From contig DATLRB010000012.1 of the NCBI GenBank assembly GCA_035534875.1, positions 936 to 64,935 on the forward strand: a DNA stretch of 64,000 nucleotides. The letters are read 5' to 3'. Position 1 is the first letter of the stretch; every line of letters begins with the position of its first letter. The notes below the pieces were generated by a model, which was not told where the DNA came from, did no database searches, and saw nothing but the letters and a program-made list of their open reading frames with translations. Shown in pieces: positions 45,114-54,253 of this stretch. The stretch comes from Candidatus Saccharimonadales bacterium. Its GTDB lineage: Bacteria; Chloroflexota; Dormibacteria; Aeolococcales; Aeolococcaceae. A program made the position numbers and the translations under genes.

Positions 45114-45407
45114 ATGACCTACATCGTCACCGAGACCTGCGTCGACCTGAAGGACAAATCCTGCATCGAGGTGTGCCCCGTGGACTGCATCCACGAGTCG
45201 CCCGAGGACCGGATGGTCTACATCGACCCCGATGAGTGCATCGACTGTGGTGCCTGCGTGGATCCGTGCCCGGTCGACGCCATCTTCGCCGAAGAGGATG
45301 TGCCCGAGGCACAGATCGTCTTTGTCGACATCAACAAGATCTACTTCAAGGACAAGGCGCTCGCGCGATCTCAGGTCGCCGGAGTCAAGCCCCCAGTCGC
45401 TCCCTGA
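45114..45407 (+). CDS. fdxA: 7Fe-type ferredoxin
   Basis: MTYIVTETCVDLKDKSCIEVCPVDCIHE ... DECIDCGACVDPCPVDAIF shows the classic [3Fe-4S][4Fe-4S] cysteine pattern. Confidence 0.9.
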   Translation: MTYIVTETCVDLKDKSCIEVCPVDCIHESPEDRMVYIDPDECIDCGACVDPCPVDAIFAEEDVPEAQIVFVDINKIYFKDKALARSQVAGVKPPVAP

Positions 45408-45588
45408 GCGACCATCGAGCCGTTTGGTTTGTGCATCGCGCACAAGCCGCCATGGGGAACCATGGGTCTGGGAGACCATAGTCCGCTGGCCGCGAGAGCC
45501 CTAGTCTGCATCTCGTAGAGTGCCGCGGCGGCCGAGGGGTCCAATCGGTCGCTGCGGCGAGTCAGCCAGCGTCCGCGGAAGGAGTCCA

Positions 45589-47082
45589 ATGGCAATCGAC
45601 GAGTCCTTAGCCGTGAGAGTTGCAGACGAGGTAAAACCCGCGATGTCGCCGACCGTGACCACCAAAGCCAAGCCCGCCGACGTTATCCGCATGGCCCGCG
45701 AGCTCGGCATCAAGATCGTGGATCTCCGCTTCGCCGATCTGCTCGGGAGCTGGCAGCACTTCAGCATCCCGGTCGGCGAGCTGACCGAGTCGCTGTTCTC
45801 GGAGGGCATCGGGTTCGACGGATCGAGCATCCGTGGCTTCCAGAAGATCTACGAGAGCGACATGCTCCTGTTCCCCGACCCGGGGCGAACCTTTGTCGAC
45901 GGCACGCTCGAGATTCCGACGCTGGCCATCGTCTGCGACATCAAGGACCCGCTCACGCTCGCGGATTACAGCCGCGACCCGCGTTATGTCGCGCGAAAGG
46001 CGGAGGAGTACCTCCTCAGCACGGGAATCGCCGACACCTCGTACTGGGGCCCCGAGCTCGAGTTCTACATCTTCAACTCGGTGCGCTTCGACCAGAACAC
46101 CCACGAGGGCTACTACCACATCGACTCTGACGAGGGGATCTGGAACACGGGCAAGAACGGCACGGCCAACCTCGGCTTCCGTCCGAAGCTGAAGCAGGGC
46201 TACTTCCCGACGCCGCCCGTCGACAAGCTGCAGGACCTTCGCAGCAAGATCGTGCTCGCGCTCATCGATGCGGGCGTCGCGATCGAGGTCCATCACCATG
46301 AGGTCGGCACCGCCGGGCAGACCGAGATCGACATGCGGTTCGACTCGCTGGTGAACATGGCCGACAAGGTGCTCATCTACAAGCACATCGTCAAGAACGT
46401 CTGTTACCAGAACGGCTACACGGCGACCTTCATGCCCAAGCCGCTCTTCGGCGACAACGGCAGCGGCATGCATACCCATCAGTCCCTCTGGAAGGACGGC
46501 GTCCCGCTCTTCTACGACAAGGACGGTTATGCGCTGCTCAGTGACACCGCGCGCTGGTACATCGGCGGCCTGCTCAAGCACGCGCCGGCGGTCCTCGCGT
46601 TCGCGGCGCCGACCACGAACAGCTACCGGCGGCTGGTGCCGGGGTACGAGGCGCCGATCAAGCTCGCATACAGCGCTCGCAACCGGAGTGCATGCGTGCG
46701 CATCCCGACCTACAGCGCGGCACCGGCGGCCCGCCGCCTCGAGTTCCGTTCCCCGGACCCGATGAGCAACCCGTATCTCTCCTTCGCGGCGTGCCTGATG
46801 GCGGGGCTCGACGGGGTCAAGCGCCGGATCGAGCCGCCGGCACCGGTCGAAGCCGATCTCTACGAGCTCGAAGGCGAGGAGAAGGCACGGGTCAAGGACC
46901 TTCCCGGATCGTTGACCGAGGTGCTCAACGCCCTCGAGGTCGACAACGAGTTCCTCACCGAGGGTGGCGTATTCACCCAGGACCTCATCGACATGTACAT
47001 CTCGTACAAGCGCGAGAACGAAGTGGACCCGGTGGCGCTTCGGCCACATCCCTACGAGTTCGCCCTGTACTACGACGCCTGA
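45589..47082 (+). CDS. glnA: Glutamine synthetase type I
   Basis: GGAAGGAG precedes ATG 45589. Contains FDGSSIRGF, ELEFYIF, HHHEVGTAGQTEID, GSGMHTHQSLW, NSYRRLVPGYEAP, RSPDPMSNPYL and the C-terminal HPYEFALYYD. Confidence 0.92.
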   Translation: MAIDESLAVRVADEVKPAMSPTVTTKAKPADVIRMARELGIKIVDLRFADLLGSWQHFSIPVGELTESLFSEGIGFDGSSIRGFQKIYESDMLLFPDPGRTFVDGTLEIPTLAIVCDIKDPLTLADYSRDPRYVARKAEEYLLSTGIADTSYWGPELEFYIFNSVRFDQNTHEGYYHIDSDEGIWNTGKNGTANLGFRPKLKQGYFPTPPVDKLQDLRSKIVLALIDAGVAIEVHHHEVGTAGQTEIDMRFDSLVNMADKVLIYKHIVKNVCYQNGYTATFMPKPLFGDNGSGMHTHQSLWKDGVPLFYDKDGYALLSDTARWYIGGLLKHAPAVLAFAAPTTNSYRRLVPGYEAPIKLAYSARNRSACVRIPTYSAAPAARRLEFRSPDPMSNPYLSFAACLMAGLDGVKRRIEPPAPVEADLYELEGEEKARVKDLPGSLTEVLNALEVDNEFLTEGGVFTQDLIDMYISYKRENEVDPVALRPHPYEFALYYDA

Positions 47083-47124
47083 GCGACGGCTCAGAACTCC
47101 TCAGCACACTCCTTCCTGGACAGG

Positions 47125-47151
47125 GGGGCCGGGTTACCTCGACCCGGCCCC
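47125..47151. terminator. GC-rich hairpin between convergent glnA and the VOC gene; likely a bidirectional intrinsic terminator
   Basis: ggggccgggt (47125-47134) / 7-nt loop / acccggcccc (47142-47151), followed by tcctttacgtt on the plus strand. Confidence 0.6.
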
Positions 47152-47183
47152 TCCTTTACGTTCCCGGAACACCGACCCCGCGA

Positions 47184-47546
47184 TCAGGCGGTCTCGGCGC
47201 TCTCGCGGGGTCGGAGGATGCAGAACTCGTTGGCCTCCGGGTCGGCCATCACCACCCAGCTGACATCGCCTTGACCGATGTCGATCCGCCGGGCACCAAG
47301 CGAGATGAGACGCTCGACTTCGGCGGCCTGGTCGTCGGGTCGCAGATCGAGATGGATGCGGTCCTTGACGGACTTTCCTTCCGGAACATGGAGGAAGAGA
47401 ATGTCCGGACCGCCACCGCCCGGCTCGATCCACCACTCGCCGTCTTCGGGTCCGTGCAGTTCGAGGCCCAGCGCCTCGCTCCAGAACGAAGCAACCAGCA
47501 ACGGGTCGGTGCAGTCGATGACGATGTTCTGCCAGCGAAGGGACAT
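47184..47546 (-). CDS. VOC (glyoxalase/bleomycin-resistance fold) family protein
   Basis: 120 aa. IVIDCTDPLLVASFWSEALGLEL ... RIHLDL ... VVMADPEANEFCIL. Confidence 0.75.
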   Translation of the reverse strand: MSLRWQNIVIDCTDPLLVASFWSEALGLELHGPEDGEWWIEPGGGGPDILFLHVPEGKSVKDRIHLDLRPDDQAAEVERLISLGARRIDIGQGDVSWVVMADPEANEFCILRPRESAETA

Positions 47547-47555
47547 ACCGGCAGT

Positions 47556-48731
47556 CTAGCCTCGGACCTGGGCGCCGAGCAGCGCGTCGCGGATGGCGCC
47601 GACCTGCGCGGCGGGCGTGTACCACCGCAGCGCGTGCGCCAGCCCGCGCTCAGCAACACCAGCGAGGTCGAGGTCCCCGCCAACGGCCCGTTCGAGACGA
47701 TCCTCCCAGTCGTACGCGTCGACGAGGTATCCGTTGACGCCGTCCTGGATCGCGAGTCGAAAGCTGTACGTCGGAGTCGCGAACGTCGGAGTCTCGACGA
47801 TCGCGGCCTCGAAGTACTTCAACTCGGACTTCGAGTTGCTGAAAGCGTTGGTCTGCAGGGGCACGATGTTGAGCGCGGTTGCACCGATCAGCGTCTCCAG
47901 GGTCAGGAAGTCGGTGAGCGGGAGGATGTCGATGCGATCGCCGAAACCGCGCAAAGCAGGGCCGACGTCGAGGAATCCGACGATTCGCAGACGCACATCG
48001 GTGTGCCGGGTCATGACTCTCGCGAGCGCGGTCGACACGAGCTCAAAGTCGCGGTTGTGGGTCGGCGTCCCGCTGAAGTAGCCGATGCTCGGAGCGCTCG
48101 CCGCGTGCTCGGACGCATGCCGGAGGCGCCGTACCTCCGCGGCTCGCTCGAGCTGCAGGTCATTGAGGAAGTTGGGGATGACCCATGTGGGCAGCTGGGC
48201 GAACTCCTCGATGCGTGCCGACAGGAAGTGGTTCGTGGAGATCGCCCCATCGCACAGGCGGAGCAGCGCGCCCAGTCGCGACATGGCCGCGAACCACTCA
48301 TCGAGCATCGCCTCTCCGGGATTCCGATCGAGCGTCTCGAGAACGAGGCTCACGTACCTGGTGTCGAATATCAGGTCGTCGACGTCGAACAGAACGCGGC
48401 ACCCGGCGGCTCGGGCGCGGGTGACGAGACTGTCGAGGCGCGCTGTGTAGCGCGTCCGGCAGATGACCAGCGTGCGGACGTCACCGATGAGGCGCTCGAG
48501 GATCGGCAGCTCGGCTCGGGTGAACCACGTCGCCGAGATGCGCTGATCGTGATCCTCGAGACCGAGCGCCTCGACCATGTTGAAGACGCGGTAGCGAAAC
48601 GTGCTCGTGTCCGGTACCTCGTACAGATAGGCGACCGTATGGACACCTGGTGCGGAGACCCTGCGAATGCGTTCGTCGATGCTCGGCGCCCACGGATCCG
48701 GAAACTCCGGCAGGGCTGCCCTGGTGCGCAC
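47556..48731 (-). CDS. Glycosyltransferase (GT-B fold, family 1/4-like)
   Basis: 391 aa. C-terminal nucleotide-sugar-binding-like region IGYFSGTPTHNRDF ... NIVPLQTNAFSNSKSELKYFEAAIVETPTFATP ... GVNGYLV (E-x7-E-like). Adjacent to a second GT. Confidence 0.65.
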   Translation of the reverse strand: MRTRAALPEFPDPWAPSIDERIRRVSAPGVHTVAYLYEVPDTSTFRYRVFNMVEALGLEDHDQRISATWFTRAELPILERLIGDVRTLVICRTRYTARLDSLVTRARAAGCRVLFDVDDLIFDTRYVSLVLETLDRNPGEAMLDEWFAAMSRLGALLRLCDGAISTNHFLSARIEEFAQLPTWVIPNFLNDLQLERAAEVRRLRHASEHAASAPSIGYFSGTPTHNRDFELVSTALARVMTRHTDVRLRIVGFLDVGPALRGFGDRIDILPLTDFLTLETLIGATALNIVPLQTNAFSNSKSELKYFEAAIVETPTFATPTYSFRLAIQDGVNGYLVDAYDWEDRLERAVGGDLDLAGVAERGLAHALRWYTPAAQVGAIRDALLGAQVRG

Positions 48732-48733
48732 CC

Positions 48734-50464
48734 CTATCCTTCGGCGGTGGGGAGCGCACCCGCGAGCTGCTCGCAGATCGGTGCGAAGACGGCGCTCCAG
48801 TCGGTCTGGAACTTGCTGTTCCGATGGTTCGTGCTCCGGCGATCAACGTCGTTTGCGAGAGCGACGCCCCGGGCGATGCCAGCGATCAGGCTCGGGAGAT
48901 CAGGATCGCAGCAGATGATATTTGCCGAGTACTGATCGAGGGATCGCTTGTCGGGTCCGAAGGTGTTCGTGACCACGGCCGCTCCCGCTGCCGCCAGGTC
49001 GAGCGGCGGATAGCTCGAGTGCGGGGACGCCATCAGTGAGAACCCGAGGTCCATGCGCCGGAGGAGCTGCTGATAGTCGTCCCAGTCCAGGTTCTGGATG
49101 AGCGTCGGGCGGACGCCTCCGGGCAGGGCGACCGGCTGCAGATCCCTGCCGATGAAGAGGACGTCCCACGCCGCCGGGTCGAGGTGGCCGCACTCGATGG
49201 CGCCGGAGATCGCTTCGATGCCGCGGTAATACAGGTTGCGGAGATTGTTCGGTCGCGCGTAGAAGATGAACTTGCTCTTGCCCGCAGGGGATTGGTCGCG
49301 CGGGGTCAGAAAGGCTGGGAATGCGGGCTCGAACCACGACGGCGTTATCCGGGGCCGATCGGGACCGCCGAAGAGATAGTCGAAGAGGGGCTTGGAGTTG
49401 ACGACGCGGGTGATGCGCGGGTCGGCGAGGATTTCCGCGCAGCGAATCGAATCGTCGCCCTCCGGATAGAAGCGCCGCTCGTCCTCCTGGACGAGGTAGA
49501 TGATGTGTGCCGGATCGACCGAGGCGCGAACGGCCCAGGTCGTCCACCACGATGTGGTGACGAACAGATCGCCGTCGGCGACATCGACGAGCCGACCGTT
49601 CGACGTGTCGCGCGAGGAGAAGACGAAGTCGACGTCACCCTTCCAGGGAATCCCATTGGCCTCGAGGACCGTCCGGCAGTTTGCGGGGGTCGGCGGCTCG
49701 GAGCGGGTGATGATGCGCAGTGGACGCTCCATGCGCCGCGCGAGCAGCGTGGCGAAGATGAGCGCCGTGCCAACCCCGCCGAACAGGCTGCCGCTGTTGA
49801 TGCTGTCGGTCACCATCGAGATGCGTTTCGGTGCCGAGGTGCTCGCATACACGTGCAGTGGGCGGAGGTTCGGGAACCGCTGGTCAAGCGTGAGCGTCAG
49901 CCATTGACGTTCCACCGTCGACGGAGCGATCTTGCTCCCGCGCGCGGCTCCGTGGCGCAGGTAGTGCAGCAGCGCGTTGGTCCCGCGTGACACATCGGGG
50001 TTGTGTTCGAGATAGAAGTCGGTGGAGAACCGCGGACCCGGATCCCATCCCTGCGCTGCGCCGATGAGCGCGTAGTGCCGGAGCGGTTCCATCCCGGAGT
50101 GCGCGACCTCCGGGTAGTTCGCCTGGTACCAGGCTGCGTCGAAGAGGCCCGAGCCCTCCATCTCGCGTAGATCGCGGGGATACTGCAGACGCGCCATCGC
50201 CCTTCGGTGGAAGTTGATCCGCCCCGTCCCGGTGACGACGTTCAGCGCCTTGATCGCCGTCTTCGAGACCTGGGGATACCGACGGATGACCGAGCGAAGT
50301 TGCGAGTACGGCGGCTCGAGCAGCGACTCGCGCAATCGCACATTTTCGAGACGAGCCTCGTTGAGCTCGTGCTGCAGGAGGGTGAGCCTCAGCGCCGGAT
50401 CGTCGGAACCAGACCGGGCGCCGTCGCTCTGCGCCTGGCTGATGGGAATGAGAGCTTCGTCCAT
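48734..50464 (-). CDS. Glycosyltransferase, WsaF-like (rhamnosyltransferase-type), with an N-terminal coiled-coil region
   Basis: 576 aa. ISMVTDSINSGSLFGGVGTALIFATLLA ... DLFVTTSWWTTW ... IIYLVQEDERRFYP resembles the WsaF family core, from memory. Confidence 0.5.
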   Translation of the reverse strand: MDEALIPISQAQSDGARSGSDDPALRLTLLQHELNEARLENVRLRESLLEPPYSQLRSVIRRYPQVSKTAIKALNVVTGTGRINFHRRAMARLQYPRDLREMEGSGLFDAAWYQANYPEVAHSGMEPLRHYALIGAAQGWDPGPRFSTDFYLEHNPDVSRGTNALLHYLRHGAARGSKIAPSTVERQWLTLTLDQRFPNLRPLHVYASTSAPKRISMVTDSINSGSLFGGVGTALIFATLLARRMERPLRIITRSEPPTPANCRTVLEANGIPWKGDVDFVFSSRDTSNGRLVDVADGDLFVTTSWWTTWAVRASVDPAHIIYLVQEDERRFYPEGDDSIRCAEILADPRITRVVNSKPLFDYLFGGPDRPRITPSWFEPAFPAFLTPRDQSPAGKSKFIFYARPNNLRNLYYRGIEAISGAIECGHLDPAAWDVLFIGRDLQPVALPGGVRPTLIQNLDWDDYQQLLRRMDLGFSLMASPHSSYPPLDLAAAGAAVVTNTFGPDKRSLDQYSANIICCDPDLPSLIAGIARGVALANDVDRRSTNHRNSKFQTDWSAVFAPICEQLAGALPTAEG

Positions 50465-50490
50465 GGTGTCGCGCTGCTCGGTGGGACCGG

Positions 50491-52365
50491 TCAGCCCGCG
50501 AGCACCTCGGTCGCGGGCAGCAGCGCGAGGGCCGCGGCCGCGACGCCCACGGCGTCGAGCCCGAGCTGTCCGAGGAGCGCGGCCTGGGCGCCGTGCTCGA
50601 TGAACCGGTCGGGGAGGCCCATCCTCACGATCGGCACCATGACCCCATCCGAGGCGAGCAACTCGGTCACCGCCGTTCCGAAGCCGCCGCTGGCAACGCC
50701 ATCCTCGACGGTGATGACCGCCCGGTGGCGGGCGGCGATGGCACTGAGCTCCGGCGCGAGCGGCTTGACGAATCGCGCATCGATGACGGTCGTCGAGATC
50801 CCGCGCGCGCTGAGCGTCTCCTGTGCCTCCATCGCGACGGCCACCATCTTGCCGACGGCAAAGAGCGCCAGATCCCGGCCGCGATGACGAGTGACGATGC
50901 TCGGCACCGGGACGGGGTCGAGCGGGTCACTGCCCGCCGACGGTGCGGGGCCGCGTGGAAAACGCAGCGAGAAGGGTCCGTCGTACTCGAGCGCCGTCGC
51001 GAACATCCTGCGCAACTCGTTCGGCGAACTCGGCGCCGAAATGGTCATGCCGGGGATGCAGCGCAGGTATGCGAGGTCGAGGGCCCCGTGATGCGACGGC
51101 CCATCAGCACCCGTGATCCCCGCACGATCGATGATGAAGGTCACCGGCAGCTCGTGCAGCGCGACGTCACACGTGATCTGGTCGAAGGCCCGCTGCAGGA
51201 AGGTCGAATAGATGCAGACGACGGGGCGCAGGCCGCGCATCGCGAGCCCCGCCGCGAACGTCACGGCGTGCTGCTCGGCGATACCGACATCGAAGAAGCG
51301 GTCCGGAAATCGTTGCGCGAACTCGAGCAGTCCGGTCGACGAGGCCATGGCTGCCGTGATTGCGACGATTCGCTCGTCGGTTGCCGCCGCCTCGCAGAGC
51401 GCATCGCCGAAGACGTCGGTCCAGTCGAGGCCCTTCTTGAGTGCGGTGCCACTGTCCGGGTCGAACGTCGAGACTCCGTGGAATTTGTCAACTTTGTCAG
51501 CAACCGCGGGACCGTAGCCCTGTCCCTTGTTGGTCACAACGTGCACGACCACCGGCCCGCGGATGCGCGCAGCGTCGCGGAGTGCCTTCTCGACCGCCTG
51601 GAGGTCGTGACCGTCGATCGGACCACCGTACTTGAGGCCGAGCGTCTCGAAGAGCGAGATCGGGGCCACCAACTGCTTCAGTGAGTTCTTCATGCGCCGC
51701 GCGGTCTCGTACGCGGAGTGCCCGACGGCCGGCAGCGAGCGCAATGCGGTCCCGGCCGCATCCTTGGCCGCCTCGTAGCGCGGTGACAGGCGCAGATGAC
51801 CGAGGTTCTCCGCGATCCCGCCGACCGTGGGTGCATAGCTGCGGCCGTTGTCGTTCAGGATGATCACCATCTCGGGCTTCAACTGGCCGATGTTGTTGAG
51901 CGCTTCGTATGCCATGCCGCCGGTGAGCGCTCCGTCGCCCACCACGCACACGACCTTCCCGGTCTCTCCGCGCAGCTCCCGTGCGGTGGCGAATCCCAGC
52001 GCGTAGCTGAGCCCGGTGGACGCGTGCGAGTTCTCGATGAGATCGTGCTCGGACTCTCGTCGCGACGGATACCCGCTGAGGCCGCCCTGCTGGCGGAGCG
52101 TGTCGAACTGGTCGAGCCGGCCCGTCAGCATCTTGTGGACGTAGGCCTGGTGCCCGGTGTCGAAGATGATCGCGTCTCGCGGGCTCTCGAACACCCGGTG
52201 CATCGCAACCGTGAGCTCCACGACTCCCAGATTGGGACCGAGGTGACCTCCGGTCCGCGACACGGCGGCGATCAGCTCTTCGCGAATCTCCGCGCAGAGG
52301 CGGGTCAGATCCTCCGGGCCGAGCCCGCGCAGGTCGGCCGGGCCGGCGATCTCCTCGAGCAACAC
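50491..52365 (-). CDS. dxs: 1-deoxy-D-xylulose-5-phosphate synthase
   Basis: GGHLGPNLGVVELT, DTGHQAYVHKMLTGR, GDGALTGGMAYEALNN, GIAEQHAVTFAAGLA and DRAGITGADGPSHHG. Confidence 0.95.
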   Translation of the reverse strand: MLLEEIAGPADLRGLGPEDLTRLCAEIREELIAAVSRTGGHLGPNLGVVELTVAMHRVFESPRDAIIFDTGHQAYVHKMLTGRLDQFDTLRQQGGLSGYPSRRESEHDLIENSHASTGLSYALGFATARELRGETGKVVCVVGDGALTGGMAYEALNNIGQLKPEMVIILNDNGRSYAPTVGGIAENLGHLRLSPRYEAAKDAAGTALRSLPAVGHSAYETARRMKNSLKQLVAPISLFETLGLKYGGPIDGHDLQAVEKALRDAARIRGPVVVHVVTNKGQGYGPAVADKVDKFHGVSTFDPDSGTALKKGLDWTDVFGDALCEAAATDERIVAITAAMASSTGLLEFAQRFPDRFFDVGIAEQHAVTFAAGLAMRGLRPVVCIYSTFLQRAFDQITCDVALHELPVTFIIDRAGITGADGPSHHGALDLAYLRCIPGMTISAPSSPNELRRMFATALEYDGPFSLRFPRGPAPSAGSDPLDPVPVPSIVTRHRGRDLALFAVGKMVAVAMEAQETLSARGISTTVIDARFVKPLAPELSAIAARHRAVITVEDGVASGGFGTAVTELLASDGVMVPIVRMGLPDRFIEHGAQAALLGQLGLDAVGVAAAALALLPATEVLAG

Positions 52366-52448
52366 ACGGTCAGTCTAGTGGAGGTGACCCGCTTGGGCTC
52401 CTGCGGGAAATGCCCACACACGTGGGTGGCGGAGCATGATTACCGGCC

Positions 52449-53252
52449 ATGCAGGGACTGGAGCCACGCGAGGCGGTGCTGGAATGTGCCGCGCGAGATG
52501 GCGATATCGCCGAAGGTGCCCTCTGGCTCGCGGCCGACGACTGTCCCGGCGTTGACCCAGAGCCCTGGCTGGAGCGCCTCGACGAGCTCGCCACCGAGTT
52601 GCGCTCGCGCTGCGGGCTCCACGGATGCGGTCCGTCGGATGCCCATCTGGTGGGCGCCCTGCTCCGCGACAGGCTTCGTCTTCGCGGCGCCGGCGGCGGC
52701 GATCCGCGCGCCCACTATCTCCACACCGTTCTCGAGCGTGGGGCGGGGGTGCCAATCGCCTGCTCGGCCATCTGGATCGCCGTCGGAGCCCGCGCCGAGA
52801 TTCCCGTGGAGGGGGTGAACCTTCCCGGGCACTTCGTGGTCCGGGTCGACGGGCATCTCTTCGACACCGTTGCGAGCGGCGAGCCACTCGACGACGACGA
52901 CCTGAAGCGGCTGGTCACGTCGTCCACGGGGCACGAGATCCAACGTCTCGAGCCGTCTCAGGTGGAGCGTGCCAGCGCCCGAGACATGCTCGCGCGCATG
53001 TCGCGCAACCTGCGCCGCTGCTATACGAGCCTCGAATGCTGGGACCAGGCGCTGCGCGCCGCCGACCGGTGCGTCGACCTCGTGCCGTCGCCCGCCGAAC
53101 GCCGCGATCGCGGACTGCTCCTGTGGCGCATGGGCAAGGTCGTGGCGGCGCTCGCCGATATCAACGCATATCTCGACGAGGCCCCGGAGACGTGTCCTGA
53201 TCGCACGGCCATGACCGAGGTCGCCGGCAGGCTCCGCGCCTTCCTCAACTGA
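52449..53252 (+). CDS. SirB1-family protein (transglutaminase-like N-domain + TPR-like C-domain)
   Basis: YLHTVLERGAGVPIACSAIWIAVGARAEIPVEGVNLPGHFVVRV, followed by a helical repeat tail. Confidence 0.6.
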   Translation: MQGLEPREAVLECAARDGDIAEGALWLAADDCPGVDPEPWLERLDELATELRSRCGLHGCGPSDAHLVGALLRDRLRLRGAGGGDPRAHYLHTVLERGAGVPIACSAIWIAVGARAEIPVEGVNLPGHFVVRVDGHLFDTVASGEPLDDDDLKRLVTSSTGHEIQRLEPSQVERASARDMLARMSRNLRRCYTSLECWDQALRAADRCVDLVPSPAERRDRGLLLWRMGKVVAALADINAYLDEAPETCPDRTAMTEVAGRLRAFLN

Positions 53253-53283
53253 CCGGGACGATGCACGGTCGCCGCGTCGCGGC

Positions 53284-53685
53284 TCAGTGCACCCCGATCA
53301 GGAGTGAGAGCAGCCAGATCACGCCGATCAGCGCGAGCACTGCGAACGGCGTCATGACGAACACCACGAACGAGAAGACGAGCCGCTCATCGGGCATCAG
53401 CTCCGGCGTCCGCTTTCGGACCCGAAGGTCGTGGGCGTACCAGTAGATCCCACCGACCAGAAATCCGAGCAGCAGGAAGAAGATTCCGGCGAAGGCGGTG
53501 ACAATCCCGACCGCGTTGGGCGAGAGGGTGAAGCGCCAGGCGGCTCCGCCCGCGAGAGACAGCAGCCCGCAGGAGATGTACCGGAGCAGCATGGGGACCG
53601 GACGCGGTTGGGCGGGGTCGATTCGCCGCCGCGCTGCCGCCGCTTTGTTCGTCGCTGCCGCGCCGGGACGGGAGTTCGAGGGCAC
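53284..53685 (-). CDS. Hypothetical membrane protein (3-4 TM)
   Basis: Hydrophobic helices (LLSLAGGAAW, VTAFAGIFFLLLGFLVGGIYW, FVVFVMTPFAVLALIGVIWLLSLLIG). The start is uncertain; ATG 53592 is possible. Confidence 0.55.
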   Translation of the reverse strand: MPSNSRPGAAATNKAAAARRRIDPAQPRPVPMLLRYISCGLLSLAGGAAWRFTLSPNAVGIVTAFAGIFFLLLGFLVGGIYWYAHDLRVRKRTPELMPDERLVFSFVVFVMTPFAVLALIGVIWLLSLLIGVH

Positions 53686-53794
53686 GGCCCGAGTATAGGG
53701 ACGGCGACCCGGGCGTCCGGCGGACGCGCGCTCGCTCGCCAGTGCTCACCTACACTGTGCGACCACTGCGGCTGTGAACGGAGGATCCGGAACC

Positions 53795-54253
53795 ATGACC
53801 GTCGGGGCGAGGCTCCCTGATTTCGACCTCGAGACCAGTGCCGGCGGTCGCCTGCGCAATGCCGACCTCGAGGGCCGTCACACGGTCCTGTACTTCTATC
53901 CGAAGGACGACACGCCCGGCTGCACCCTCGAGGGTCAGGAGTTCACCAAGCTCAACGACGCGTTTGTCTCCGCCGGGGTGACGGTCTACGGAGTCTCGCC
54001 GGACACGTCCAGGAGCCATCAGCGTTTCATCAAGAAGTGCTCGCTGGGTATACCGCTGATCAGCGACCCGGAGCGGCGCCTCATCGAGTCGCAGGGCCTC
54101 TGGGTCGAGAAGCAGTTCATGGGGCGCCAGTACATGGGAGTGGCCCGAACGACCCTGCTGATCGGACCGGACGGGACCATCGAGCGCGAGTGGCGGGATG
54201 TCAAGCCCAGCGGGCACGCCGCAGAGGTCCTGGAGACCGTCAACGGCGGTTAG
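53795..54253 (+). CDS. bcp: Thiol peroxidase / peroxiredoxin Bcp
   Basis: GGAGGA precedes ATG 53795. LYFYPKDDTPGCTLEG is the peroxidatic Cys motif. Confidence 0.9.
   Translation: MTVGARLPDFDLETSAGGRLRNADLEGRHTVLYFYPKDDTPGCTLEGQEFTKLNDAFVSAGVTVYGVSPDTSRSHQRFIKKCSLGIPLISDPERRLIESQGLWVEKQFMGRQYMGVARTTLLIGPDGTIEREWRDVKPSGHAAEVLETVNGG

Noticed and set aside
45426-45448. Hairpin ggtttgtgc-atcgc-gcacaagcc after fdxA as a terminator or GlnR-type site upstream of glnA
   Set aside because: It is a 9-bp stem containing one G-T pair, with no U-run. I could not match a GlnR box from memory with confidence. The evidence is too weak to list as a feature.
45607-47049. 480-aa minus-strand ORF
   Set aside because: It is antisense to the canonical glnA, so it is a shadow ORF.
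46692-48935. 747-aa plus-strand ORF
   Set aside because: It overlaps the glnA 3' end out of frame. It also runs antisense through the VOC gene and both glycosyltransferase genes. The sequence is low-complexity and Arg/Gly/Asp-rich, so it is a shadow ORF.
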